From a virus (taxonomy: Duplodnaviria > Caudoviricetes), in the IMG/VR virus record IMGVR_UViG_3300015050_000842, positions 1 through 64,000 of that record: 64,000 nucleotides of DNA, one strand, 5' to 3'. A program made the translations under genes and the position numbers. This document shows, piece by piece, positions 38,600-47,916 of the stretch. Position 1 is the first letter of the stretch; every line of letters starts with the position of its first letter. Under the pieces are notes generated by a model that had not been told where the DNA came from, did not search any database, and saw nothing but the letters and a program-made list of their open reading frames with translations.

Positions 38600-38951
38600 T
38601 CAATGTTCCCGATTCCTTTAGCTTCTTTGATACTTGTTCAAATATATTGGTGTCTGAAAAACCCTCCGTATGTTCTTCTTTCTCTTTTGATTTTGGCTTT
38701 GTCTTTTCTACCCTTGCTGATATGGTCTTACTCTTATTATCCTCACCCATCAAAGTTACGATTTTAACAAACATTTTATCGTCTGCCAATACCGCACCTG
38801 TTTCCCTTATTGCACCCAACTCCTTTGCTATCTGTTGCTTCATTAGTTGTAACTCATTCGTCAGGTCGTTTGAACCGAATAAAGCACCCTCTAAATACGT
38901 TACGTAGTCAGACTGCTCTTGTGTTAAACTGTCAAGGTTTGGTCTTTTCAT
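38589..38951 (-). CDS. Hypothetical protein upstream of terL (possible small terminase subunit)
   Basis: Position only; overlaps the terL start. Confidence 0.4.
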   Translation of the reverse strand: MKRPNLDSLTQEQSDYVTYLEGALFGSNDLTNELQLMKQQIAKELGAIRETGAVLADDKMFVKIVTLMGEDNKSKTISARVEKTKPKSKEKEEHTEGFSDTNIFEQVSKKLKESGTLNGR

Positions 38952-39559
38952 ACTTGCTCAAATTTAGCTGCGATTTCGTTATGAAACAACTTGATGTAAT
39001 CTCTACCATTGTAATTCAGGTAGTATTGGTGGTCGTCATCCGTACATACTATATCTCCAACACTTATCTCCTTGTACTTTCTATTCTTTGGAACGTGCAG
39101 TATTTTGATTTTTAATGTTTCCTTTTTCTTGTCTGCCGAAGTGAGGTATATTCCGCTATCGGTCTTGACTGCATCTGTGTAGACTTGTTCCCCTAAGTAC
39201 ATATCGTCTGCCATTTCGATTTCTTCCCCTACAATCTTAAAAAATACGTGGTAAGGAAATACTAAGGAATATTCTTGTTCGTCTATCTGAATGACTTCTT
39301 CGGCTTCCTTTGCCATGTAATGAAAGAATAACCTATCACCTTTTTTATATCCTAAGTTTGGTTGGTCAAAGCATACTGTTCCGATTTGTGGATGCACCTC
39401 TTTCATGTTGAAGTTTGTCATCCACTTAGTTGTTTCACCGCCATAATCTCCGTGTTCGGTGTGTTCCCACATATCGGGGCGTATTAATTCAACACCACCT
39501 ACTTCAATGATTTTGTTGTGCCTATCGTCAAACTGTACTATGAGTCTATTGCTATACAT
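38948..39559 (-). CDS. Tandem GroES/Cpn10-like co-chaperonin
   Basis: Two GroES-like units, e.g. KTDSGIYLT...ISVGDIV...NGRDYIKL. Confidence 0.65.
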   Translation of the reverse strand: MYSNRLIVQFDDRHNKIIEVGGVELIRPDMWEHTEHGDYGGETTKWMTNFNMKEVHPQIGTVCFDQPNLGYKKGDRLFFHYMAKEAEEVIQIDEQEYSLVFPYHVFFKIVGEEIEMADDMYLGEQVYTDAVKTDSGIYLTSADKKKETLKIKILHVPKNRKYKEISVGDIVCTDDDHQYYLNYNGRDYIKLFHNEIAAKFEQV

Positions 39560-40538
39560 CGAGTAATCTATCTATTCTTAATTGGTTTATCTTGCTTAGT
39601 AAACGGTTATTCAAAATCCAATCCCACGCTTCATTATTCATTATTTCAAGTGAGTTAAACTCATCTTCATACGCTTTAAACGTATCTTTTACTCCTTCTG
39701 AAATATCAGCAACAAATCCATGCTTAAATTCGGGCAGAGTAGCGTTACCGAAGAACGCTGAACCTGCATACGTGGCTTCGAGTAATGAGATATTACTTTT
39801 ACAGACATTAAACACATTGGTAATCAATGGGAAGAACGCAATATTCGCATTTAGTTCGTGATACTCTTTATAAAACTGCATTAAGGTTACAGGGTCGGTG
39901 TATTCGTGATTCTTGCCTGTTCTTTCCTCGATGTGCTTAAAACGACTACCCTGAAACCTGAAAGTCCAATCCTGATTGTCGTTAATCATATAAACTATGT
40001 CGTTGATATTTTGGTACATATCCGCTTCGTGAGATGCGCCACCCCTATAAGACATAATCTTTGTCTTGTGGTTAAACGGTTTCTTATTCTCTATCGGAAA
40101 TACTGTATCATTGTGGCAATTTGGGATTATGTGAATGTTTTTGTTGTACGGCTTGTATATGTGCTTAATCGCAGGTGTTGTTACCCAAACTTCATCAGCT
40201 AAATGAATAGCCATTTTGATATTTGACTTCTGTTCTGCTAAGGTTATACTTGCGTTGTTGTGGAAAGGTACGTTCAATAGGTCATCGTCATAGTCTAAGA
40301 TTACACGAATGTTCATATCCTTTGCTAACTTGATTAACTCGATATGAGGTTCGTGTGTCGGTCTTTGGAATATAAATGTATCAAAACCAATTAAACTGTT
40401 CCATCCGTATTCATTCTTTGAATTGTATAGGTTGGTTACGCTTATGTCAGGACTGTTTAGAAAGTTAAGTACACCGTTTGTCCTGTAAAATGCCGAAGCA
40501 TTGGTTTCAAGCATACTTAAATAACACACTTTTTTCAT
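39552..40538 (-). CDS. Glycosyltransferase (GT-B/GT4-like)
   Basis: AFYRTNG, FIFQRP, ILDYDDDLL, ADEVWVTTP, YRGG.SH, FN.CKSNISLLE. Confidence 0.8.
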   Translation of the reverse strand: MKKVCYLSMLETNASAFYRTNGVLNFLNSPDISVTNLYNSKNEYGWNSLIGFDTFIFQRPTHEPHIELIKLAKDMNIRVILDYDDDLLNVPFHNNASITLAEQKSNIKMAIHLADEVWVTTPAIKHIYKPYNKNIHIIPNCHNDTVFPIENKKPFNHKTKIMSYRGGASHEADMYQNINDIVYMINDNQDWTFRFQGSRFKHIEERTGKNHEYTDPVTLMQFYKEYHELNANIAFFPLITNVFNVCKSNISLLEATYAGSAFFGNATLPEFKHGFVADISEGVKDTFKAYEDEFNSLEIMNNEAWDWILNNRLLSKINQLRIDRLLDV

Positions 40539-40675
40539 TTATGTAGTTTTATTGAACGATTTTTATATAGTTGTTTCAAGTCCTTATATGCGTTATTTGT
40601 GAAACGATTATCCTCAAAGTTATCGACTTGATAAATTGTTATCTTTCGTAGTTTACGAGCCTTCTTACCATTCAT
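40535..40675 (-). CDS. Small basic hypothetical protein (MNGKKARKLRK)
   Basis: ATG at 40675 just after the upstream stop. Confidence 0.45.
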   Translation of the reverse strand: MNGKKARKLRKITIYQVDNFEDNRFTNNAYKDLKQLYKNRSIKLHK

Positions 40676-40676
40676 G

Positions 40677-41060
40677 CTACTTAAATAAAATCCAATATGT
40701 TGTGAATAATTGTACGTAGTGTAATACTTGGTCAAACCCTACGCTAATAAAGAAGTTATGGCTATTCCCCGATGCCCAAAGTTTACTATTTAGTCTGCTT
40801 GTGTAGTAATCTGTTATCGTGTGAGCAACAAAAGTTATTAACAGGAATAAAGATATATTTTCAATAATCCCATGTACTGAAAACATAGAATACCAACTAT
40901 ATAGAGCACCAACGATAGCAAAAATATAAGTGTAAGTAAATGTATGACCCAATAAATCATCCCAATTCTTACTTTTGCCTTTAGCTTGTTTATCAGTTTG
41001 TAACACAAAGTCTGCAAACCAATGAATAATTAGTATTGCGAATATTTCTGTTAAATTCAT
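40677..41060 (-). CDS. DUF3307 family membrane protein
   Basis: HWFADFVLQT...H...HTITD...GFDQVLH pattern with TM segments. Confidence 0.8.
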   Translation of the reverse strand: MNLTEIFAILIIHWFADFVLQTDKQAKGKSKNWDDLLGHTFTYTYIFAIVGALYSWYSMFSVHGIIENISLFLLITFVAHTITDYYTSRLNSKLWASGNSHNFFISVGFDQVLHYVQLFTTYWILFK

Positions 41061-41061
41061 A

Positions 41062-43485
41062 TCATTTATTTTTATAAACCCAAACTAATTCATCCAAATA
41101 CTTTCTATCCATATCAAATCCAAAGATTTCGTCTACGGCTTCAATAACTCCCTCGTGCGCCTCGCAATAGTCGTGACCTGATATTATGCCGTTCTTTTTA
41201 ATTTTAGGCAACCACGCCCTTATATCGGAGTAAACCCGACTTTTTACATGGTCAGCATCCAAAAATAGAAAATCAATGCTTTCATCTTCAAACTGTTCTG
41301 CACTTAATCCACTATCGCCTTTAATAACATTTACTTTGTCGATTACCGATGCTAAGTTTCTTCTGAATACAACCTCGATGTTTTCATTTGTCTGTTCGTC
41401 ATTAAACGTAAAGCTATCGACTGCATATACATTGAAACTCTTGTTTGCACGTAGCATTTCTACCATGAAGTAAGCAAGACTTTTGCCCTCATAGACACCT
41501 ACTTCTACCACATTACTTCCGTTTGGTAAGGATTGAACAATGTCTTTGTAGAATCTTGGAAATGTAAACCACCCTGTTATTGGTTCGTAGAAGTGCTTTA
41601 TTTCATCTAATGACTTTTTCAGGTATTGCTTACATAGCTTAATAGCCATAGTTGGTCGTACTAATCCAAATTGTGCCTGATACGGTATCATTCGGTATAA
41701 GTGTAATGCACAGTAGAAGTACGCTTTTCTGATAACCAACTCTCTGTCCTGTCCTAAAATCTTCGTGTAGAAGTCTATAATCATATCGAACTCTAACTCT
41801 GAATATTCGGGTGCGGTTTCTGAATCCCAAAACTCATACTTAGTCAAGTACGACTGCATCAGCTTTCCTAAGTCCTGTTCAACTACTCCTGCCTTATTGT
41901 CGTTGTCGAAGTCTATCATCTTAACAGAGAACTTATTAACCAATACATTTTCGTAGGTTAAATCTCCGTGATAGTTTTGATAAGAAATGGTCGGTGACAA
42001 ATCGTGAATACGTACTGACGTTCTTAAAATAGTCAATATCTCATCTGTTTCATTACCTAATCCGATTTCATGTAGCTTATCTTTCTTTGAAAATATCTTT
42101 TCTGAAAGGTAATCGTGTAACCAATACGAAATAATCAAAGACTTATTCCCACTATCATACCACTTGCTTAGGCAATCAAACAACTCATTGAGTGCTAAAA
42201 CTCTGTCCTGAATTGATAGTAAATGAAGTGGTTTGTAACCGCTTAACTTCTCCATTACGTAGCTATCCTCTTTAAACTCACCTATCTTTGGAACTAAGTA
42301 GTGTAGTTTAGAGTCTGATACGGCTTTCATAGATTCGTACTGTGCCTTGAATTTTACTTTCTGATACTCTGTGGCATCTTTCGGTAAATACTTCAACACA
42401 ATGTCGTTATGATAGGATAGCTTCGCTTCACTATGACCTAAAGCAATATCCTTAATACCCTCATCCCTCTTTACTTCGTGTGCCATAGCCATAGGTTTTT
42501 CTGAATACGGTTTTTTGTCGTTTATTAAATATCTTGTCCCAGAGGGTAAACCCATAACCAAATGTTCATATCGTACTCCTGCCTTGCGTAGCATATACTC
42601 CAATTCAGGTCGGAACTGTTCATCCCTGCTTGTTGTTAGTACGATAAAACAATTGTTGTCTTTCCGCCACTCGTCTATCTTTTCTCTTGCACCCTCTAAA
42701 AACTCAATATCTTTAGTGTAGTCAGGGATATTCTCGTGTTTGATTACTGTTCCATCTAAGTCGCAGAATATTGTGGATGCTTTCTTTTCCTCATACATAT
42801 TCTTTAACCGTTCAGGGTCGCCAAAGAACTCTGCTTCTTTTACCTCTACTGCCTTAGTCTTATGATACTGAATATTAATTCCGTCTGCTATTATATCTGA
42901 TATATACTTCATATCATGGGTTGGTTTGAATAGCTTTGAAAAATAGTAGCACCCAATAACTCCATAGCTTAATGTTTTCTCAACCATATTTGGCTTAGAC
43001 TTTTCTGAAATAGACCTGACCATATTATTATCGTCAACCCTAACTACACTCCACTTGTTTATTTCAGATTCACTAATGTTATATACAGGAACAATGCAAT
43101 TAAATTTACCCTTATCAATATCCTTAAATATACCATCCACATTCAATGAGTGGTCGCAGTCACAGAATATTACATCGTTCAATACGTCTTGATGCTCGAA
43201 TAAGGCTGATATGGTTTCAACAGGACTTTTAGTTGGTTGTATCGGTACAATTTGCAGGTTTGCAGGAATGTTAAAGCTACGGAATCTTTCTTCTACGTTA
43301 AACTGAATCAAGTGGTCTTTCCTGACAATAAATACAAAATCTTTTATTCTGTCCTTGTGCTTTAAGAATGGTTGCACGGCAAGTTCAATGAATGTTTTAT
43401 CAAAAATCTTGAAAAACGGCTTAAATTTCCCTCCAAACCGTTGAGATTCTCCTGCCATTGGAAAGACTACTGTTACTTTATTCAT
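41062..43485 (-). CDS. Four-domain fusion: sugar nucleotidyltransferase + HAD phosphatase + APH-like kinase + SAM methyltransferase
   Basis: PMAGESQRF..KP (NTP_transferase); FCDLDGT...TTSR...IND (HAD); HGDLTYEN..MIDFD (kinase); VEVGVYEGKS...LDADH...GHDY (Methyltransf_24). Confidence 0.85.
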   Translation of the reverse strand: MNKVTVVFPMAGESQRFGGKFKPFFKIFDKTFIELAVQPFLKHKDRIKDFVFIVRKDHLIQFNVEERFRSFNIPANLQIVPIQPTKSPVETISALFEHQDVLNDVIFCDCDHSLNVDGIFKDIDKGKFNCIVPVYNISESEINKWSVVRVDDNNMVRSISEKSKPNMVEKTLSYGVIGCYYFSKLFKPTHDMKYISDIIADGINIQYHKTKAVEVKEAEFFGDPERLKNMYEEKKASTIFCDLDGTVIKHENIPDYTKDIEFLEGAREKIDEWRKDNNCFIVLTTSRDEQFRPELEYMLRKAGVRYEHLVMGLPSGTRYLINDKKPYSEKPMAMAHEVKRDEGIKDIALGHSEAKLSYHNDIVLKYLPKDATEYQKVKFKAQYESMKAVSDSKLHYLVPKIGEFKEDSYVMEKLSGYKPLHLLSIQDRVLALNELFDCLSKWYDSGNKSLIISYWLHDYLSEKIFSKKDKLHEIGLGNETDEILTILRTSVRIHDLSPTISYQNYHGDLTYENVLVNKFSVKMIDFDNDNKAGVVEQDLGKLMQSYLTKYEFWDSETAPEYSELEFDMIIDFYTKILGQDRELVIRKAYFYCALHLYRMIPYQAQFGLVRPTMAIKLCKQYLKKSLDEIKHFYEPITGWFTFPRFYKDIVQSLPNGSNVVEVGVYEGKSLAYFMVEMLRANKSFNVYAVDSFTFNDEQTNENIEVVFRRNLASVIDKVNVIKGDSGLSAEQFEDESIDFLFLDADHVKSRVYSDIRAWLPKIKKNGIISGHDYCEAHEGVIEAVDEIFGFDMDRKYLDELVWVYKNK

Positions 43486-44186
43486 AACGTGAAGTTATTA
43501 GCATCGTTAGCAAACATCTGTACCGTTTCAATACTATAATCCCTTAAATTCTTGTCTTTCATCTTTAGCTTTTCCAAGATTGGTTGCGGTATAGTGATAA
43601 TGTCGCAGTACTCTTTTGCTAAGTGAATATCGCCAAGACTTCTTACTCCAGCCCAAAGTAACTTGATATTACCCCTGTCCGTTCCTATCATATCGCTAAT
43701 CTTTTTGATTATCGTGTTTGGAGATATGCCTGTATCAGCTATTCTGCCTGAAAAAACAGATAATACTACATCGTAGTCTTTAGTTACACCTAAGTCTAAC
43801 AACTCTCTGACCTGCTGTGGAGTAAATATTGCCGTTACATTTATTTTGATTCCATCGTCAAGCAAGAATTTGATTACTTCGGCACAAGACTCTCCTTTGT
43901 CGTTTACTATCGGAATCTTAACATATACATTGTGACCCCAACTACTGATTTCTAATGCCTGAAATACAATGTCCTTTAGGTCGTTGGTCAAGACCTGAAT
44001 CGAAACAGGATAACCGTTACTATTGTCAATTATCGCATTGCAGTAATCTTTATAAACAATTGGTAAATATTGTTTCACCAAAGAGGGATTGCAAGTGAAG
44101 CCTGTAACGTCAAAATCTGTAAGTACGTGGTTAATGTACTCTTTGGTTGGCTCAATGCCATCTGCGTAAATTTCTAATTCTCTCAT
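43482..44186 (-). CDS. tal: Transaldolase (TalC/FSA-like small family)
   Basis: YADG, GFTCNPSL, NVYVKIP (Schiff-base Lys), INVTAIF, SVFSGRIADTG, DIITIP. Confidence 0.9.
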   Translation of the reverse strand: MRELEIYADGIEPTKEYINHVLTDFDVTGFTCNPSLVKQYLPIVYKDYCNAIIDNSNGYPVSIQVLTNDLKDIVFQALEISSWGHNVYVKIPIVNDKGESCAEVIKFLLDDGIKINVTAIFTPQQVRELLDLGVTKDYDVVLSVFSGRIADTGISPNTIIKKISDMIGTDRGNIKLLWAGVRSLGDIHLAKEYCDIITIPQPILEKLKMKDKNLRDYSIETVQMFANDANNFTL

Positions 44187-44686
44187 TTCGTTAAGTGTAT
44201 TACTCCTTGTTCGTTTGGATTAAAGTTACTCATGTAGTATTGTTCGATTGTTTTAAAACCCCACCTTTGATAGTTGTCTTTTATTATAGCTAACTTATCT
44301 GCATCGTGGTATTCAATAGCCATTTCCTCTATTCCGTTAAACAATTCTATTGGTATCTCATTCAGTAGGCTTTCAAATCCCTCTATGTCGCATTTTACGG
44401 CTTGTGGTTGAACTGTCATTAGATAGTCAGCCATTTGTTCAGGCGTGTTGATTTCGTCTGTTATAATCGTTAATTTCGGGTCAGGCACATTCTCTGCGTA
44501 CCAAATACGTTCATTATCCCACATTTCAATACCTACAACCTTACTTGCACCCTGACTTAAGAAGTATTCAGGAGTCGTTGGTCTAATTTCCCACATCCTT
44601 CCTGCCCCAAAATCCAAGACAACTCTATCCTTTACGTTTAACATTGACCAATGATGAATTGGATTTTCGCTTTCTATGCTTTTCAT
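44183..44686 (-). CDS. FkbM-like SAM methyltransferase
   Basis: VVLDFGAG...VVGIE...VKCDIEGFE...IEYH. Confidence 0.7.
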   Translation of the reverse strand: MKSIESENPIHHWSMLNVKDRVVLDFGAGRMWEIRPTTPEYFLSQGASKVVGIEMWDNERIWYAENVPDPKLTIITDEINTPEQMADYLMTVQPQAVKCDIEGFESLLNEIPIELFNGIEEMAIEYHDADKLAIIKDNYQRWGFKTIEQYYMSNFNPNEQGVIHLTK

Positions 44687-45264
44687 CTAAGTATTGTGTT
44701 TGTTATGTTTAATCTATTGATAACTACGCCCTGTTTTTTTAGGTTTTCGGTTACGTAAAATTCAGTATGAAAAATTTTGCCATCTCTGAATAGGTTTCCA
44801 TGTTCCAAATATACGCTATAATACTTTTTCATTACCTTGTAACTGCCGAAAGCAAATTGGTCATTAACACCTCCACAATGGTCGTTACCGTAAGGAATGT
44901 AAATGTTTGTGTCGTCAATATTGTAGTCATCAAAGTTTATCTTTCCGCTTAATACTATGTCTGTTCTTGACTTTACATACACATCGTAGTTGTGTGGTAC
45001 TAAACAGAATCCTATGAATAGATTGTGCCACGCCTGTAAAGTGTTATCTGTGCAGGTGACAGGGTTTTTATTGCTATTGTACCAATCCAACGGTTCGGTG
45101 TAGTACGTTCCTTGTATCTTGTTAAACTGCTTGTACGGTGTTTCAGGTTCATCGTATGTGTAGAAATAGGTTTCTGTGGTCGGGGTGTAGAAATTATCAA
45201 TTTGATTCTGTCTACAAGCGTTCCACGTTCTTAGATGCCCTGAATATAATACCGCTACGTTCAT
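44683..45264 (-). CDS. Glycan-modification/glycosyltransferase-like protein
   Basis: VAVLYSGHLRT...YDVYVKSRTDI...NDQFAFGS pattern recurrent in glycan clusters. Confidence 0.55.
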   Translation of the reverse strand: MNVAVLYSGHLRTWNACRQNQIDNFYTPTTETYFYTYDEPETPYKQFNKIQGTYYTEPLDWYNSNKNPVTCTDNTLQAWHNLFIGFCLVPHNYDVYVKSRTDIVLSGKINFDDYNIDDTNIYIPYGNDHCGGVNDQFAFGSYKVMKKYYSVYLEHGNLFRDGKIFHTEFYVTENLKKQGVVINRLNITNTILR

Positions 45265-46064
45265 GCCTCAAACGGGTTATAGTAAATATCTCGTACTCCT
45301 TTTTTGTAGTCCTCTGCTATCTCTGAAAACTCGGCTATTGTTCTTCCTGCTTCTCTGATTTTCTCTTTAACGTGTTCTCCCTCTCCGTTATCTAAGTGAA
45401 CAATAGGAATTGTTGGTAGGAAAGCATTTTCAAATCCTGCAAGTTCGGAACGTAGTGACATCAATGAATCATCCCAAGCGTAAGTGGAAATTTGCCACAT
45501 GTAGCCGACTTTATCTAATAGTTTAGGGCTAAACATAGTGCAAGTGCCTATAATATCTTTGGAGATTTCTAAAACAACCCAACTATCACCTCTTTCGTGA
45601 GGTAAAAACTTTAATTGTGTTCTGTATGCAGGATTTTCATGTTCAGGGTGTTGAATTAACTCTGTTCGCTTTAATCCTAATATTCCTAAGTTCGTGTATC
45701 TCTCAAAACATTCTTCCATTTCCTCTACCCAACCTACCCTACCTATCGTTACGTCTGAATCAATTTTAATTACGTATTGATTAGGTTTTCTTGTACGTAT
45801 GCCTAAGTTTACTGCCTCTGCCGTACCTAAGTTCTTACCGTTATACGATATAGTTAGGTGGTTTGAAGGGAACATTGATTCAAAATGATATGTAAACTCT
45901 TTATAGAAATCAATCATTTCTTGACAAGAGCCGTTATCGCTAATGAAAAGTTCGCTTGGCAAAAAATCTACGGTGTCAAGTAAACCAAACAAAGTCTTTT
46001 TTGCGTACTCTAACCGATTATTTGTTTCGGTTGCGTATGACGCCATAATCACTAAAGCACACAT
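45261..46064 (-). CDS. Glycosyltransferase family 2
   Basis: FISDNGS, NLGTAEAVN, VIKIDSDV, IIGTCTMF, WDD. Confidence 0.85.
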   Translation of the reverse strand: MCALVIMASYATETNNRLEYAKKTLFGLLDTVDFLPSELFISDNGSCQEMIDFYKEFTYHFESMFPSNHLTISYNGKNLGTAEAVNLGIRTRKPNQYVIKIDSDVTIGRVGWVEEMEECFERYTNLGILGLKRTELIQHPEHENPAYRTQLKFLPHERGDSWVVLEISKDIIGTCTMFSPKLLDKVGYMWQISTYAWDDSLMSLRSELAGFENAFLPTIPIVHLDNGEGEHVKEKIREAGRTIAEFSEIAEDYKKGVRDIYYNPFEA

Positions 46065-46198
46065 AGATTACAAATAAAATACCCCAATACCAAGCGATGC
46101 GGAAACATACAGCAACTCGGAAGTTGTGCCTGATATTGGGGATGGATTAAATGTGTCAAGGGTTTTGCTGTTATATGTTTTTCCGCTAACCAAAGTTG
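46065..46198 (-). promoter_or_regulatory. Structured leader (copy 2) in front of the glycosylation operon
   Basis: CAACTTTG box; 46165-86 pairs with 46099-115 (17 bp with bulges); 46131-41 pairs with 46082-92 (11 bp); then a T-rich tract and ATG. Confidence 0.6.
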
Positions 46199-46247
46199 AG
46201 AAAAGTTTTTTATATATGCAAGTAAAAAAAGCACTTTCCTTTTAATT

Positions 46248-46255
46248 TATCTTTG
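46248..46255 (+). promoter_or_regulatory. -7 promoter TATCTTTG
   Basis: Exact TAnnTTTG 29 nt before the ATG at 46285. Confidence 0.6.
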
Positions 46256-46284
46256 AGTCATTAATAAACTTAATTCTTAATGTC

Positions 46285-46557
46285 ATGGCAGTAGCAATTT
46301 CAACCAAAGTACTTCAAATGCCGAATGGTCAAAATTTCGCAAACGAAGGAGCAGCAGACCCTTGTCCTGTGTATCTAATCGGAACGGATTACATTCAGCA
46401 AGTAACCGCAGCATCAACAGCACAACAAGCAGATGTATCAGGTGTGCAATCTATTATTTACGTAAATTATTACGAATTTAATCAGGTTCAGACAGGTACG
46501 TACTATGTTGGTGATTCGGTAGCAACTCTGCTTACCAACATTAACGCAGCTACCTAA
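46285..46557 (+). CDS. Small Ala/Thr/Gln-rich protein, possibly a minor virion/decoration protein
   Basis: Stand-alone transcription unit with its own promoter and terminator; composition like structural proteins. Confidence 0.55.
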   Translation: MAVAISTKVLQMPNGQNFANEGAADPCPVYLIGTDYIQQVTAASTAQQADVSGVQSIIYVNYYEFNQVQTGTYYVGDSVATLLTNINAAT

Positions 46558-46578
46558 GTATGCGTAGTGCAAAATGAG

Positions 46579-46613
46579 AAAAGCCATAGCAAATTAATGT
46601 TATGGCTTTTTTT
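46579..46613. terminator. Bidirectional intrinsic terminator
   Basis: AAAAGCCATAGC-loop-GTTATGGCTTTTTTT between convergent genes. Confidence 0.85.
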
Positions 46614-46628
46614 ATTATAATCGGTTGG

Positions 46629-46886
46629 TTATTTTTTCCTTAATGCTTTCTTGATAATATCGCTTGAATCAGCACCGTACATTGGCTTCTCGCCTTTCTT
46701 CATTATTGGTTTACCAATTGCTTTACCGTAACCTACCTTAGCTAAAGAATCCACTTGTCTTTTTGAGGCTTCTCCACGAGGGTATAGCTTAACTGTTTCT
46801 GGTTTTGGTTTTTGTAGTCTTGTGGCAGTTACCTTTACTTCGGGTAACATCATTGCTCTTGGTTTTGGGTTTACTTTCTTTGCCAT
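46629..46886 (-). CDS. Basic hypothetical protein
   Basis: Lys/Pro-rich ORF coupled to the upstream gene. Confidence 0.55.
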   Translation of the reverse strand: MAKKVNPKPRAMMLPEVKVTATRLQKPKPETVKLYPRGEASKRQVDSLAKVGYGKAIGKPIMKKGEKPMYGADSSDIIKKALRKK

Positions 46887-47272
46887 TACGCTATTCTTAA
46901 ATGTCTGATTACTTCTGTAAAGTTAAAACATAATTGGTTAGGATTATTGACTTGTGTTCTTATGGGCTTTCTGCTTAATTTAAAGACTTGTGTGCGACTT
47001 TCTTGCTTGGGTTGGACAAATGGTAGTCTAAGGTCTAAATTCGTTGGAGGGGGCATATCTCGGAGTTCTTTTTTCACAAGACAATGGTTTGCGCGATGCC
47101 ATTGACCGTAGCAACGGCTTGCAGCCAAACTGCACTTCTCCCACGTGTGAGCTGTTATTTCCATAAATAATCGCTCAAATCCACTCATATCACCGACATT
47201 AGCCTTTTCTAAGGATTCTCTAAAGAACGGATGTTCTAAAATAAGTTTAGTTTGTTCTTTTATAGATGCCAC
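46886..47272 (-). CDS. Hypothetical protein
   Basis: GTG-start ORF. Confidence 0.5.
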   Translation of the reverse strand: MASIKEQTKLILEHPFFRESLEKANVGDMSGFERLFMEITAHTWEKCSLAASRCYGQWHRANHCLVKKELRDMPPPTNLDLRLPFVQPKQESRTQVFKLSRKPIRTQVNNPNQLCFNFTEVIRHLRIA

Positions 47273-47331
47273 GTCACTTAATTTAAGCTACATTTTTAGT
47301 AAAAGTAAAAACCTTTTTTTAAAAAAACAAA

Positions 47332-47916
47332 TTAATACCTCCATTTAAAACCTGCGCAAAAACTTGTTACTCCTCTTGCACAAGCAGATATTGCGCCAAA
47401 ACTTCTATTTACACTTCTTGCTGCTTCAACAACAGAGCCAAATTCTTGAACAAAAACATCATCCATTGTGTATTTTTTTACTGATTTAGATGTAGGGTTT
47501 TCGCCACCGTATTTTCTTTTGTAAACAGATGGCTTTCTACCAAGAACTCTGTATGCGTGTAAATTATTTTCTTGTGATGTACACCATTCAAGGTTTTCGA
47601 CTCTATTGTCTGTCTTAATTCCGTTCTTGTGATTAACAAATGGTTTATTTTCAGGGTTTGGAATAAACGCTTCTGCAACTAACCTATGAATAACAGTAAT
47701 AACAATTCTATCTAAATCATGCAAAGATATTTTCTGATAAGTATTTGTAACTCCTTTTACCAAATGACCACTTCTATATTTTTGTCGAGATTTCCTATTA
47801 TTCATACCCAACCATTTCCCGTGTCTATAAACCCTTCCTAAAGAACTAACCATATAAAAACCACTCCACCCTAATACATCTCTCCATTCCTCTCCTTCTA
47901 AAATTTCAATATCCAT
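47332..47916 (-). CDS. NUMOD4-HNH-NUMOD1 homing endonuclease (true start MDIEILEGEEW at 47916)
   Basis: EEWRDVLGWSGFYMVSSLGRV; HRLVAEAFIPNP..VNHKNG.KTDNRVENLEW; F.SVVEAARS...ISAC. Confidence 0.92.
   Translation of the reverse strand: MDIEILEGEEWRDVLGWSGFYMVSSLGRVYRHGKWLGMNNRKSRQKYRSGHLVKGVTNTYQKISLHDLDRIVITVIHRLVAEAFIPNPENKPFVNHKNGIKTDNRVENLEWCTSQENNLHAYRVLGRKPSVYKRKYGGENPTSKSVKKYTMDDVFVQEFGSVVEAARSVNRSFGAISACARGVTSFCAGFKWRY

Noticed and set aside
46052-46234. 60-aa ORF upstream of the GT2
   Set aside because: It spans the promoter and structured leader with no protein-like features; a short uORF role is not excluded.
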